Positions 49,888 to 60,329 are shown, numbered from the stretch's first letter. The stretch: 64,000 nucleotides of DNA from Armatimonadota bacterium (GCA_041690135.1 JAWLHY010000006.1:64001-128000); one strand, 5' to 3'. Made by a program: numbers and translations. The notes: generated by a model from the sequence alone, not told the origin.

Positions 49888-50998
49888 ATGTTGATCGACC
49901 TGACCACAGAAGTTACAGCTCTTTCTGAAAAAGTGGAAGAGCTGGGGAGGCATCTTTGACATCCCAGGCAAAGATGCTCGTATTGCTGCCCTCCGCGACC
50001 AGAGCCTGAAGCCGGATTTCTGGGAGGACCCCGAGGAAGCTCAGAAGGCCATGCAGGAACTGGCGCGCCTCGAGGCCGCCGCCAACCCCTGGCATGAATT
50101 GAAGACCCGCCTGCAGGACGCACGCGAGCTGCTCGAGCTGGCCGAAGCCGAGGAGGACCCGGAGCTCTATGCCCAGGAAGTCCGGAGTGAGCTGGACCAA
50201 CTCCAGGAGATCTATCAGCAGCTCGAGATGGCGGATATCCTCTCGGGCAAGCACGACGCAGCCGACGCCATTATGGAGATCAACTCCGGTGCCGGAGGCA
50301 CTGAGTCTTGCGACTGGGTAACACTCCTCCTGCGCATGTATCTCCGCTGGGCCGAACGCCACGGGATCAAGGCGGAGATCATCGATGAAGTAACGGGCGA
50401 TGTCGCGGGGCTCAAGAGCGTCACCATCCATTTCCGAGGCGAAAACGCCTACGGGCTGCTGAAGAGCGAGCACGGGGTGCACCGCCTGGTGCGGATTTCG
50501 CCATTCGACGCGAACAAGCGGCGCCACACCTCTTTCGCCAGCGTCGATGTCGTGCCGGAGTTGGAAGAAGAGGAAGAGGTCGAGATCAACCCGAAAGAGC
50601 TGCGGATCGACACTTATCTCTCGGGCGGCGCGGGCGGTCAGAACGTGCAGAAGAACGAGACGGCCGTGCGGATTACGCATCTGCCCACCGGTATCGTGGT
50701 GTCCTGCCAGAACGAACGGTCGCAGTTGAAGAACCGTGAGTTCGCCATGAAGGTGCTGAAATCGCGGCTTGCGGAGATCCAGCGGAAGGAACAGGAGGCC
50801 CAGGTGGCCGCCCTCCGGGGCGAGCAGCGGGCCATCGAATGGGGAAGCCAGATCCGCTCCTACGTCTTCCAGCCATACACGCTCGTGAAGGACAATCGGA
50901 GCAACTACGAAACCGGCAACATCATTGCAGTGATGGACGGGGAAATCGACCCGCTGATCTATGCCTACCTCAGCTCCACGCGCAGCCATGCCTCCTGA
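49888..50998 (+). CDS. prfB: Peptide chain release factor 2, programmed +1 frameshift (49888-49956 joined to 49958-50998)
   Basis: 23-codon ORF ending GGGAGG-CAT-CTT-TGA-C; +1 frame continues to SPF and GGQ motifs. Confidence 0.96.
49945..49960 (+). promoter_or_regulatory. RF2 autoregulatory frameshift site
   Basis: Internal SD GGGAGG, 3 nt, then CTTTGAC. Confidence 0.92.
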
Positions 50999-52058
50999 GG
51001 CGTTGGAAAAAACCAGCCGCTGTCGACCCGGTAAACATCTGTTGGGAACCGGGTTGGCTGCGGTTCTCAGCCTCTCGCTGATGAGTTGCGGCAGCGTGCC
51101 GTCTGGCCGGAATGCGAGTGGCGTGACAGCCGATCCGCCTTCTTCGCCCCAGGCGAAAACCACGGCCACCGATGCGCCGCGCGCGTACCAGGGTCCCGCC
51201 TTCGATGCCGACCGCGCTTTCAAGCAATTGGAGAAGCAGGTAGCCTTCGGGCCGCGCGTCCCGAATCTGCCGTCCCACCGCGCCTGCCGCGACTACCTGG
51301 TCGACATCCTGAAGCCCCTGGCCGACAAGGTGGAGCTGCAGAAGTTCGACCGCCGGGTCGGCGGTAAGACGCTGGCAATGAGCAACATCATCGCCACCTG
51401 GCCGGGCGAGGGAGGGAAGAGCCAGGGCGAGAAGCCGGGTAAGGAGGGCGTGCTGCTCTGCGCGCACTGGGACACCCGTCCCACTGCCGATTACGAGGCG
51501 ACCGCGGAGAAGCGAAAGACCCCCATTGCCGGCGCCAACGATGGCGCTTCCGGGGTCGCTGTGTTATTGGAGGCCGCGCGCCTCTTCAAGCGGACCCCGC
51601 CGCCAGTGCCGGTTACGATCGTCCTCTTTGACGGCGAAGACTTCGGCCCCGGCATCGAGAACATGTTCCTCGGCTCGAAGCACTTCGCCGCCAATCTGCC
51701 CGCCGACGTTCCCCAGCGCGGCATTCTGCTCGACATGGTGGGCGATAAGGAACTGCGAATCCCGCAGGAACAATACTCGCTGACCCGCGCGCGCGATGTC
51801 GTGGCGCAGGTCTACGGCATTGCCGGGCGGCTCGGGTACAGGCAGCAGTTCCCGGAAGAGGTGGGCCAGGCCATCGAGGACGACCACGTCCCCCTCCTGC
51901 GTCGCGGACTGCAGGTGATCGACCTGATTGACTTCGATTACGGTCCCGGCCACTCCTGGTGGCACACGCTGCAAGACACCCCCGACAAGTGCAGCCCCGC
52001 CTCCCTCAAGGCCGTCGGCGACGTTGTCGTCGAATGGGTCTACTCCCAGGGTAAGTGA
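50988..52058 (+). CDS. M28 family peptidase / glutaminyl cyclase-like lipoprotein
   Basis: Lipobox LMSC; AHWDTR, GANDGASG, DGED, LDMVG, DDH, WHT; start uncertain. Confidence 0.88.
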   Translation: MPPEALEKTSRCRPGKHLLGTGLAAVLSLSLMSCGSVPSGRNASGVTADPPSSPQAKTTATDAPRAYQGPAFDADRAFKQLEKQVAFGPRVPNLPSHRACRDYLVDILKPLADKVELQKFDRRVGGKTLAMSNIIATWPGEGGKSQGEKPGKEGVLLCAHWDTRPTADYEATAEKRKTPIAGANDGASGVAVLLEAARLFKRTPPPVPVTIVLFDGEDFGPGIENMFLGSKHFAANLPADVPQRGILLDMVGDKELRIPQEQYSLTRARDVVAQVYGIAGRLGYRQQFPEEVGQAIEDDHVPLLRRGLQVIDLIDFDYGPGHSWWHTLQDTPDKCSPASLKAVGDVVVEWVYSQGK

Positions 52059-52165
52059 AAGTCCCCCGACCCGATCACGCCCCCCACCCGCCAGGCACCT
52101 CCGTGGCCGGCATGGGTGGGGCGGGCGTCTCGCCCGCCTGCACTGTGATTATCGCACCACAGCCC

Positions 52166-52336
52166 CCGCACCGGTGATGCACCCGGTCCTGGTCGGTGTC
52201 GCCGTTCCCGATCAGGACCCTCCCCGTCCAAGATCATGCCCCGCACCTGTAGTGCACCACGGTAGCCGCAGTGCAGACGGTAGGGTCGCGGTCGCTGTCC
52301 CCTACCAGGATCATGTCCTCGCACCCATACTGCACC
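52166..52336. repeat. Three imperfect direct repeats, period 75-78 bp
   Basis: CGCACC-N5-TGCACC core in units starting at 52166, 52241 and 52319. Confidence 0.55.
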
Positions 52337-52499
52337 ATGCGCCGCCATCTCGGATGCCAACCGGAGCCGCCGTGTTGGTGCTGATCCCATCGTGCACCAC
52401 ACGTCGCCGTCCCGTCCGCCTCCCGGTGGCACTGCACGATCAGCCGTCCGGTACCTGGACACGATCCGGTCCCGGGACCCATTCTGGCGCGCACCCAGG

Positions 52500-52542
52500 A
52501 AACACAAAGCGGGCGCGGGGAAGAAATCTTCCTCGCGCCCGC
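52500..52542 (-). terminator. Intrinsic terminator of OmpH gene
   Basis: GCGGGCGCGGGGAAGA-AA-TCTTCCTCGCGCCCGC, followed on - strand by TTTGTGTTT. Confidence 0.75.
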
Positions 52543-52568
52543 CCCTACCGATTTCCTAACGACCGTCC

Positions 52569-53219
52569 CTACTTCGGCAGCTTCTTCAGCACATCGTCGG
52601 TCAGGTCAATCCCACCCACGAGCACCGCGGTGCGGTTGTAAACCGTGGTGAACTTCTTCTCTTTTGCCAGCGACTGAACCACCTTCAGGAGTTCGTTCTC
52701 CACTTCCACAAGTAGCTCGGACTCCAGGTCGCGGATCTTATCGCGCCGGTCCGCTTCCGCCTTGGTCAGGAAACGGATAGCGTCCTGGCGCATCTTGGAG
52801 AGCTCTGCGATCCGAGCGGCCTCGGCGTCGGTCGGCTTCTCCTTCTGCCCGAGACTGGCCAACTCGTTCTCCAGGACATCGGAGCGCTTCACCAACGCAT
52901 CCAGGCGAGCCTGCTCCTTCTTGTCCAGCTTAGGCTTGGCCCGCAGCGCGAGGGCTTCCGTCCGCTCGGCATCCGAGCAGTGACGGACCTTGACCAGGAA
53001 CTCCATCTCCTCGGAGTACTTCTTGGCCTGCTCGCGAATGCGGTTCTGGTACTTGGTGAAAGCGGTCGTTTTCCGGTACTCGCCCAGCACCCGATTGATA
53101 TCCACATAGGCTGGGGCATTGGGATCGATCGCGTCCTTTGCGGCTGCCGAGGTCGGCGCCAGCAGTCCCAACGCCAGCACCAGGCCGGCTCCGATCTGTG
53201 CAAAACGCATCAGGCCCAT
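52569..53219 (-). CDS. OmpH/Skp family outer-membrane chaperone
   Basis: Signal peptide, AYVDINRV, coiled coil, VLVGGIDLTDDVLKKL. Confidence 0.85.
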   Translation of the reverse strand: MGLMRFAQIGAGLVLALGLLAPTSAAAKDAIDPNAPAYVDINRVLGEYRKTTAFTKYQNRIREQAKKYSEEMEFLVKVRHCSDAERTEALALRAKPKLDKKEQARLDALVKRSDVLENELASLGQKEKPTDAEAARIAELSKMRQDAIRFLTKAEADRRDKIRDLESELLVEVENELLKVVQSLAKEKKFTTVYNRTAVLVGGIDLTDDVLKKLPK

Positions 53220-53269
53220 CGTGATCTCTCCCTGGCGGTCACTCCCGCCGAACTCAGTATCAAAACCAC

Positions 53270-53668
53270 CTAGCTGTCATCGCTCCGCCAGGGAGGTCCC
53301 AACGGCGGTAAAGGGGCCAGGTCTTCCAGGTCGGACTCTTCCGTCACCGGGCTGAAGTCCCCCGGCTTTACGGTGGCGACCACACCCCACCGTTCCCACT
53401 CCTCGCCCCCGGCCGCGAAAGTCATGTAGTAGGCCAGAACACGGCAGCGATAGAGGTCTTGGAGCGTCAGGTGCCCGGCGGCGTACCGGTCCACGGCCCT
53501 CATGAGTATATAGTCGGCCGTCACCTCTGCCCGGTCCGCGGGTCCGAGGATGGCAAGTGCGCTATCCCGGGCCAAATCGGCGGAGTCACATGGGCGCCGC
53601 ACTCCGTACTTCGGGCACAATTCCGCTACTATGCGGAGGCGCTCTTCGCGGGTCAGGCGGTCAGGCAT
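53270..53668 (-). CDS. Hypothetical protein
   Basis: Overlaps dus stop, operon-like. Confidence 0.55.
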   Translation of the reverse strand: MPDRLTREERLRIVAELCPKYGVRRPCDSADLARDSALAILGPADRAEVTADYILMRAVDRYAAGHLTLQDLYRCRVLAYYMTFAAGGEEWERWGVVATVKPGDFSPVTEESDLEDLAPLPPLGPPWRSDDS

Positions 53669-54771
53669 AACTCGGGGGACCGTCCCTGCCGGTATTCCAG
53701 TTGCTCGCCCTGGTCCAGGAGTTCGTCCAGCAGGTCTTCCACTTCGGCCAGCACGTTCACCTGCGTCACCCGCCGCCGCGCCGTAGCCGCGTGGTGGATC
53801 TCCGTGAGGTAGTGAGACAACTGCCCACGCACGCTGGGAGGGAGCGGCGTTTCCCGCGTAGTGGAACCGTACTCCTGGTAGGCCGTGAGGCGCGCGTGTT
53901 GCCGGGTGATCTCCAGCCGTTCCGCGGGGCTAGGCCGCGGCGGTACGGCTCCGGTCGCGAGATAGGTCGCTACTTCCCGAAAAACCCAGGGGTTACCCAG
54001 GGCAGCCCGGCCGATCATCACGGCATCGCAGCCGGTCTCCTGGAACATGCGCTCGGCGTCCTGCGGCGTACAGACGTCCCCGTTCCCGATCACGGGAATG
54101 GTAAGCGCCTCTTTAGCCTCGCGGATGGGGGTCCAATCCGCTTCACCGCGGAACCCCTGGATCGCCGTCCGGCCATGGATGGCAATTGCGGCCACGCCGC
54201 AATCCTGGGCCGCCCGGCCCATTTCCACCGCACTCCCCAGGCAACCGTCCCAGCCGATGCGGGTCTTGATCGTTACCGGCACGGTGCTCGCCTTAACCAC
54301 TGCGGACATCACGGCGGCGGCGCGGTTCAGGTCCTTCAGCAGTGAGGCGCCGGCGCCCGTCTTGGCAACTTTCGGCACCCAGCACCCCATATTGATGTCG
54401 ATGAGGTCGGCGCCCGCCTCGCAGCACATGCGGGCCGCCTCCGCCATCACCTCGGGTTCCGCGCCGAAGATCTGCGCGGAAATCGGGTGCTCCTCGTCCG
54501 TCCACCGGAGGTATTTGAAGCTGCGTTGGTTCTTGTGATAAAGACCGTGGCTGGAGGTCAGCTCGGTGCAAACCAGTCCCGCCCCCATCCGCCGGCACAA
54601 AATGCGGAGCACGCTTCCCGTCTCGCCGGCCATGGGCGCCACGATCACCGGCGGCCAGATGCTGACTCCACCGATCGCCAGTGGCTTCAGTCCCAGCTTA
54701 GCCGCCGGCGACCCGCGCTCGGCTCCGAAGCCGCCCGGCCGTCCCATTCCGTTCAGCAAACTCACACCCAT
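53653..54771 (-). CDS. dusB: tRNA-dihydrouridine synthase (DusB-like)
   Basis: APMAG, QIFG, DINMGC, TIKTR, HGRT, GNGDV, MIGRAALGNPW. Confidence 0.9.
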   Translation of the reverse strand: MGVSLLNGMGRPGGFGAERGSPAAKLGLKPLAIGGVSIWPPVIVAPMAGETGSVLRILCRRMGAGLVCTELTSSHGLYHKNQRSFKYLRWTDEEHPISAQIFGAEPEVMAEAARMCCEAGADLIDINMGCWVPKVAKTGAGASLLKDLNRAAAVMSAVVKASTVPVTIKTRIGWDGCLGSAVEMGRAAQDCGVAAIAIHGRTAIQGFRGEADWTPIREAKEALTIPVIGNGDVCTPQDAERMFQETGCDAVMIGRAALGNPWVFREVATYLATGAVPPRPSPAERLEITRQHARLTAYQEYGSTTRETPLPPSVRGQLSHYLTEIHHAATARRRVTQVNVLAEVEDLLDELLDQGEQLEYRQGRSPELCLTA

Positions 54772-54792
54772 ATCTCTTCGACACCTCTGACA

Positions 54793-55572
54793 TCAACCGG
54801 CGTCGCCGCTCCGGTGCTCGTCCCACAAGATCCGCAGCCCGTCGAGCGTTAAGAAGGGGTCGATGTGATCGATGACTTCCGTATCGCCCGCTATCAACTC
54901 CGCGAGGCCTCCCGTGGCAATGATCTTCGTGTCCGGCCCCAATTCCGCTCGAAAGCGGTTGACCATTCCTTCGAGCTGGCCCAGGAAGCCGTAATAAGCG
55001 CCGGACTGCATGCTCTCGATCGTGCTCGCGCCGATGACCTGGCGCGGCCTCACCAGCTCGATGCGTGGCAGATGCGAGGCCGTGCGGAACAACGCGTCCA
55101 GGGAAATCCCCACTCCGGGAGCAATGGCGCCGCCCAGGTATTCCCCTTCAGCCGAGATCGCGTCAAAAGTCGTCGCCGTCCCGAAATCGACCACCACTGC
55201 CGGCAAACTGTACTTGCGTATCACCGCCACCGCATCCGCCAGGCGGTCGGCGCCCACTGCGGTGGCCGGCGAATAGCGGATTGGGATGCCCGGATGCAGC
55301 ACTTCTCCCACGAACTCCGGTTCGCGCTTGAGATAATGACGAGCGAAATGCCGGATAGCCGGAGCCAACGGTGGCACCACGTTCGAAACCGCCAGGCCGT
55401 GCACCTGGTCGAAAGTCAACCCGGAACTCGCCAGCAGGCTGCGGATGAGCACGGCGTGTTCATCCCCCGTGCGGTCCCGGTTGGTGCTGATCCGCCACGT
55501 GCCCTGCAGCGCCCCATCCTGGTAAACACCCAGGACGATATTTGTATTCCCTACGTCAATCGCGAGCAGCAT
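54793..55572 (-). CDS. coaX: Type III pantothenate kinase
   Basis: IDVGNTN, SNVVP, VGADR, DFGTATT, ATGG, LTLDGL. Confidence 0.95.
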   Translation of the reverse strand: MLLAIDVGNTNIVLGVYQDGALQGTWRISTNRDRTGDEHAVLIRSLLASSGLTFDQVHGLAVSNVVPPLAPAIRHFARHYLKREPEFVGEVLHPGIPIRYSPATAVGADRLADAVAVIRKYSLPAVVVDFGTATTFDAISAEGEYLGGAIAPGVGISLDALFRTASHLPRIELVRPRQVIGASTIESMQSGAYYGFLGQLEGMVNRFRAELGPDTKIIATGGLAELIAGDTEVIDHIDPFLTLDGLRILWDEHRSGDAG

Positions 55573-55877
55573 GAATGCCCCATTATACACGAACGAACCG
55601 AAACCCGAAATCGCATCAGCCCCGCGTGGGAACCCGATCGCATCGCGATGCCAGACGCCTTCTCATCCTCACATAAAGCGACCGGGGACACTCCACGAGC
55701 ATCCCCGGTCCCATCGAGCCTACATATCCCCAATCAGGATCCCGTTCCCGCACCCGCCGAGAGTGGGGCGGGCGGCTCGCCCGCCAGCACAATAACGACC
55801 CTGCCCAACTTCCGCACCTGGGTAGGACCGGCTCGCTGCCGCCGACCTTGACACCACATCATCGATCCGTTAGCGCG

Positions 55878-55941
55878 CCCGTCCTTATCCTAATCGTAGT
55901 CCTCATCCTAATCGGCCCTAGCCCCTGGCCCCTAACCCCCG
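55878..55941. repeat. Hexamer array followed by heptamer array just after dapL stop
   Basis: CTTATC CTAATC GTAGTC CTCATC CTAATC then GGCCCTA GCCCCTG GCCCCTA ACCCCCG. Confidence 0.75.
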
Positions 55942-55946
55942 GCCGC

Positions 55947-57182
55947 CTAAAGGGCCAGCCGAGTCCGAATTCGCTCCACGGCTTCCACCGTTGCCTCGCG
56001 ATTGCCGAAGGCCGTCAGACGCAGGTAACCCTCCCCACTGGGACCGAAGCCCGCCCCCGGCGTGCCGACCACGTTGGCTTCGCTCAGGATCTTATCGAAG
56101 AACTCCCAGGAGCCAAGGCCCACCGGAGTCTTCGCCCAGATGTAGGGAGCGTTGCGCCCGCCGTACACCGTTAGCCCGGCCCCCTCGAGCCCTTCGCGGA
56201 TGATCCGCGCGTTCTCCATGTAGTAGTCCACCAACTCGTGAACCTGCTGCCGGCCCTCCTCCGAGTAGACGGCTGCCGCGCCGCGCTGGATGATGTACGG
56301 CACGCCGTTGAACTTGGTGCTCTGCCGCCGCAGCCACAGCGCGTTCAGATCTACGGCGTTGCCCGCGCTGTCACGTCCCTTGCACTCCTTCGGAACGATG
56401 GTGTAGGCACACCGGGTGCCGGTAAAGCCGGCGGTCTTCGAGAAGCTGCGAAACTCGATGGCGACTTCCTTCGCTCCCTCGACTTCGTAAATGGTGTGCG
56501 GGATCTCCGGATCGCGGATGTAGGCTTCGTACGCCGCATCGTAGAGGATGATCGCCTCGTTCTCTCGGGCGTAGTCCACCCACGCCTTCAGTGCTTCGCG
56601 GGTGATAACCGCCCCCGTGGGATTGTTCGGGTAGCAAAGATAGATCAGGTCCACCTTCCGGTCCGGCAAGGCGGGCTGGAAGCCGTTCTCCGCGGTGCAG
56701 GGCAGGTATACCAGGCGGTCGTAGCGGCCGTCATCCGTCGGGCTACCGGCCCTGCCGGCCATCACGTTACTGTCCACGTACACCGGATAGACGGGATCGG
56801 TAAGGGCCACGACGCACTCCGCCCCGAAGATCTCCTGGATGTTCGCGGTGTCGCTCTTGGCGCCATCGCTCACGAAGATCTCGTTGGTCCCGAGGGTCAC
56901 CCCCCGGGCCGCGTAGTCGTGCTCCGCGATATTCTGGCTAAGGAAGTCGTATCCCGGCTCGGGACCGTAACCGCGAAAAGTCTCGGCATGCGCCATTTCG
57001 TCCACGGCCGCGTGCATCGCCTCGATCACGGCTGGAGGGAGGGGCCGGGTAACGTCGCCGATCCCCAGGCGGATGAGCGCCGCGCCCGGGTTGGCCTCCT
57101 GGAATGCCCGGATCCGACGGGCGATCTCCACAAAAAGGTAGCTGCTCTTCAGCTTCAGGTAATTCTCGTTAACGATGGCCAA
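55947..57182 (-). CDS. dapL: LL-diaminopimelate aminotransferase
   Basis: [37 protein letters not shown]; TTG start with GAGGAG RBS. Confidence 0.95.
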   Translation of the reverse strand: MAIVNENYLKLKSSYLFVEIARRIRAFQEANPGAALIRLGIGDVTRPLPPAVIEAMHAAVDEMAHAETFRGYGPEPGYDFLSQNIAEHDYAARGVTLGTNEIFVSDGAKSDTANIQEIFGAECVVALTDPVYPVYVDSNVMAGRAGSPTDDGRYDRLVYLPCTAENGFQPALPDRKVDLIYLCYPNNPTGAVITREALKAWVDYARENEAIILYDAAYEAYIRDPEIPHTIYEVEGAKEVAIEFRSFSKTAGFTGTRCAYTIVPKECKGRDSAGNAVDLNALWLRRQSTKFNGVPYIIQRGAAAVYSEEGRQQVHELVDYYMENARIIREGLEGAGLTVYGGRNAPYIWAKTPVGLGSWEFFDKILSEANVVGTPGAGFGPSGEGYLRLTAFGNREATVEAVERIRTRLAL

Positions 57183-57426
57183 CGTGTCTCTCCTCGACAG
57201 GCAAGCAAAACCTGCCTTAGCTTATCACGGGAAAAATCTCGAAAATCGATGCAACGGTCTGTTCCGTCGCTGCGTCTAGGCTTATGAAAACCTGATATCC
57301 CCGGCGGCCCCGTAAGCCGTCCGATGGGGACGGGCCCAGTTTAGCCCTCGCGCTCTTGCATCCTTTGGGATGCGGAGTGCGGGGGCTTTTTGCTTTCTGA
57401 AGTAAGTCACTCGAAGGAGCCTCCCA

Positions 57427-58182
57427 ATGACCCGCGAAGAAGATACCCGCCTCGCCAACCAGCTCTGGGCTGACTACGCTCGCACACACGATCCTCGCAC
57501 TCGCGAAGCCATCGTGCACCAGTTCGAACGGCTCGCCTTCTCCATCGCGAACCGGTTCGCCAAGCGGGGCGTGCAGAACGAGGATCTCTTCCAGGTCGCG
57601 ATGATGGGGTTGGTCAAAGCAGTCGACCGCTTCGACCCCACCACCAACCACCGCTTCAGCACCTTCGCCACCCCGACCATCCTGGGTGAGATCAAACGCT
57701 ACTTCCGGGACCACTCCTGGAACGTCCACGTGCCGCGCGGGATGCAGGAACTGGCACAGCAGGTGAACCGCACCAGCCGCGAGCTCACGGAAAAGCTCGG
57801 CCGCACGCCGACCGCCCAGGAGATCGCAAACCGGCTGGAGCTTCCTGAAGACCGGGTGCTGCAGGCACTCTCGTTGGAGGATATCAACCGGCCGCTTTCC
57901 CTGGACGGCGAGATCGAGACGGGCGACAGCGACCGGCCGAGCGTGCTGGAGCAGAGCCTCGGCAGCGAGGACGGTGCCCTGGCGGTGACGGAGGACAAGG
58001 TCAGTATCCACCAGGCGCTGCGCAACCTGAGCGATCCGCTGCGCGAAGTGATCCAGCTCCGTTATCTGAAGGAGATGAGCCAGCGCGACGTGGCCCGCCG
58101 GATGGGCCTGTCCCAGATGCAGGTCAGCCGTCTGGAGCGCCGCGCCCTCACCGAACTGCGCCAGCAGTTTGCCGTACATTAA
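57427..58182 (+). CDS. SigB/SigF/SigG family sigma factor
   Basis: EDLFQV..GLVKAVDRFD, FSTFATPTILGEIKRYFRD, SQMQVSRL; AAGGAG RBS. Confidence 0.92.
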   Translation: MTREEDTRLANQLWADYARTHDPRTREAIVHQFERLAFSIANRFAKRGVQNEDLFQVAMMGLVKAVDRFDPTTNHRFSTFATPTILGEIKRYFRDHSWNVHVPRGMQELAQQVNRTSRELTEKLGRTPTAQEIANRLELPEDRVLQALSLEDINRPLSLDGEIETGDSDRPSVLEQSLGSEDGALAVTEDKVSIHQALRNLSDPLREVIQLRYLKEMSQRDVARRMGLSQMQVSRLERRALTELRQQFAVH

Positions 58183-58211
58183 GAGAGGCTCGCCGCGTCC
58201 GTGGAAATTCA

Positions 58212-58667
58212 GTGATGATTAGCAGTACACCACTCCCCACGATGGCCACTTCACCGTTAACCGTCATTCGCATCCCTGGTCCGCACGGGCCGATCCTGCG
58301 GTGCCAGGGAAGCCTCACGGTCTCTACGACCGAGGTCTTGCGGAGGGACCTCGGTCTCCTGTCTTCGTCCGGCCACGGGGGTGTAGTCATCAACCTCAAT
58401 GGCATCCGGCAGATCGATCAGGACGGAGTGCTCGCGCTGGTCGATCTCGCCGAGCCGGGCCGGAGCCGCCTGGTGCTCGCAGTGGCCACCGAACCGACGG
58501 CAGGGTATCTTCATCTCACGGGTGTGGACCGGGTCCTGCCGATCTACCGCACCGAGGCGGAAGCCGTGGCCGCGCTGGCGCGAGAAGATGACACTCCGGA
58601 AGCCGGTCGGGCCGAAGCGCGCGAGCATGCGCTGGCCGTGCTGAAGCACTCAACGCAATTGCAGTAA
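58212..58667 (+). CDS. STAS-domain anti-sigma factor antagonist-like protein
   Basis: VVINLNGIRQIDQDG, LTGVDRVLPIY; start uncertain. Confidence 0.75.
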   Translation: MMISSTPLPTMATSPLTVIRIPGPHGPILRCQGSLTVSTTEVLRRDLGLLSSSGHGGVVINLNGIRQIDQDGVLALVDLAEPGRSRLVLAVATEPTAGYLHLTGVDRVLPIYRTEAEAVAALAREDDTPEAGRAEAREHALAVLKHSTQLQ

Positions 58668-58915
58668 CCTCGGTGCGGCAAACCGGCCGCATCGCAACGT
58701 CCTGGATAGTGGAGCAGTACCATCGCAGCTCGAGAGCAATAGAGCGCAAACTCTGTTGCCCGATTGGGCCCCTGGATCACAGGGGCCCTTTTTCATGGAG
58801 TGGCCGAGAGCCCGGCGAGATGGACATAATATCCTCGAAAAACACAGGTCAACTGCACGCCCAGCCCCACCGTCGGGCGTCGGTTCAGGCCGAATCTGCA
58901 ATCTCGAGGATACCG

Positions 58916-59527
58916 ATGCCAGAGGGTCATCCCTCCCCCGCTTCCGCCGAACCCCTCCGCATTCTTGTTTGTGAGGACGAGGGCCTCACGGCGCTGCGCC
59001 TGCAGAAAACCCTTTCGAGCATGGGCTACCTAGTCGTCGGCGAGGCGAAAGACGGCGAGGAAGCCGTCCGACTGGCGCGGGCCCTCGGCCCCGACATCAT
59101 CATGATGGATGTGCGCATGCCGAAGCTCGATGGCATCGAGGCGACCCGTCGCATCATGGAGCTGGCGCCCACCGCTATCGTGATGCTGACTGCCTACAGC
59201 GACCAGGAGTTGGTCCAGAAAGCGCTGGACGCCGGGGCTTCCGGATACCTGGTGAAGCCGGTGAAGGACGAACAACTCAAGCCCGCCATCACCGTGGCCC
59301 GTACTTCGTTCGCGCAGTTCCAGGAATTGGGCTCGGAGATCGCCGGGTTGAAGGACACCCTGGAGGCACGAAAGCTGGTGGAGCGGGCAAAGGGAATCCT
59401 GATGCAGCGTCGGAAATACACGGAAGAAGAAGCCTACAAGCAGATGCAGAAGGTCAGCCGGGATCGGCGTCAGTCCCTGAAGGAGACCGCGCAACAAATT
59501 ATTGCCGCCGCGGAACTACTCGGTTGA
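58916..59527 (+). CDS. Response regulator with ANTAR domain (PdtaR-like)
   Basis: VCEDE, MMDVRMP, LTA, VKP; RKLVERAKGILM ANTAR signature. Confidence 0.92.
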   Translation: MPEGHPSPASAEPLRILVCEDEGLTALRLQKTLSSMGYLVVGEAKDGEEAVRLARALGPDIIMMDVRMPKLDGIEATRRIMELAPTAIVMLTAYSDQELVQKALDAGASGYLVKPVKDEQLKPAITVARTSFAQFQELGSEIAGLKDTLEARKLVERAKGILMQRRKYTEEEAYKQMQKVSRDRRQSLKETAQQIIAAAELLG

Positions 59528-59533
59528 CGAGCG

Positions 59534-59542
59534 TGCTATAAT
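59534..59542 (+). promoter_or_regulatory. Extended -10 promoter upstream of ECF sigma gene
   Basis: TGCTATAAT. Confidence 0.45.
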
Positions 59543-59729
59543 AGGTCCAGAGATTACCGATTTGAACTGAATACCGCTCGCCGCGACCCTGTCCGTCGCG
59601 ATTGGCGAGCACTGGCCAAGAGCGCCGGGCTATGCCTGCTGTCTGACTTTATGTCGGATACGGGGATGGTCGCGGCGTTTTTTCGTTTTTCTGGTGCAAA
59701 CAGGGACGGTTGAAGAAAGGGTGACTGCC

Positions 59730-60329
59730 ATGTCGGTCGAACGAGGGGGACAGCCGGTAGTGTTGGGGCAGGCGCGTAACGAAGCAGAGGTGGTACGCCT
59801 TTGCCAGACGGGCGACGCGGGTGCCTGGTCCGAGCTGCTTGCGGCCGTGCGGCCCCTGGTCCAGACGATCGCCCGCCGGGACTTCCACCTGGGTCTCGAC
59901 GACGTCGAAGACATCCACCAGCTCGTTTGCGTGAAGCTGTACGAAAACATTGGCCAGCTTCGCGAACCCGCCGCCTTCCGCCAGTGGCTACGGTGCCTCA
60001 CCCGTCGTGTAATTGTCGACTTCCTGCGCCAACGGAAGGACGCTTCCTCTCTCGATTACCTGGAAGAGTCGTTCGGACTGGAGCCGACGGAACAGACTGC
60101 GGACCTGCGTTGGGTCGAGCAGGCCACCCTGCGGGTGGAGGTCCAGCGAGCGCTGATGAGCCTTCCCGAAAAGTATCGCCGCCCTCTGCTCCTCCATTTG
60201 CTCCTGGGAGAACCGCAGGAGGAAGTCAGCCGGATGCTGGGGCGGCCTCGTTCCACAGTCGCCAGCCAGATCCACCGCGGCCTGGCCCGCCTCCGCCGGA
60301 CCCTTTCCGCCGCCGACTACGCTTCCTAA
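59730..60329 (+). CDS. ECF sigma-70 factor
   Basis: DVEDIHQ, AFRQWL, LPEKYR, STVASQIHRG. Confidence 0.85.
   Translation: MSVERGGQPVVLGQARNEAEVVRLCQTGDAGAWSELLAAVRPLVQTIARRDFHLGLDDVEDIHQLVCVKLYENIGQLREPAAFRQWLRCLTRRVIVDFLRQRKDASSLDYLEESFGLEPTEQTADLRWVEQATLRVEVQRALMSLPEKYRRPLLLHLLLGEPQEEVSRMLGRPRSTVASQIHRGLARLRRTLSAADYAS

Noticed and set aside
52166-52336. CRISPR array
   Set aside because: Only three highly divergent units, related spacers, no cas genes.
57280-57385. Known riboswitch between dapL and the sigma gene
   Set aside because: Hairpins are present but I could not match lysine or any other riboswitch consensus.
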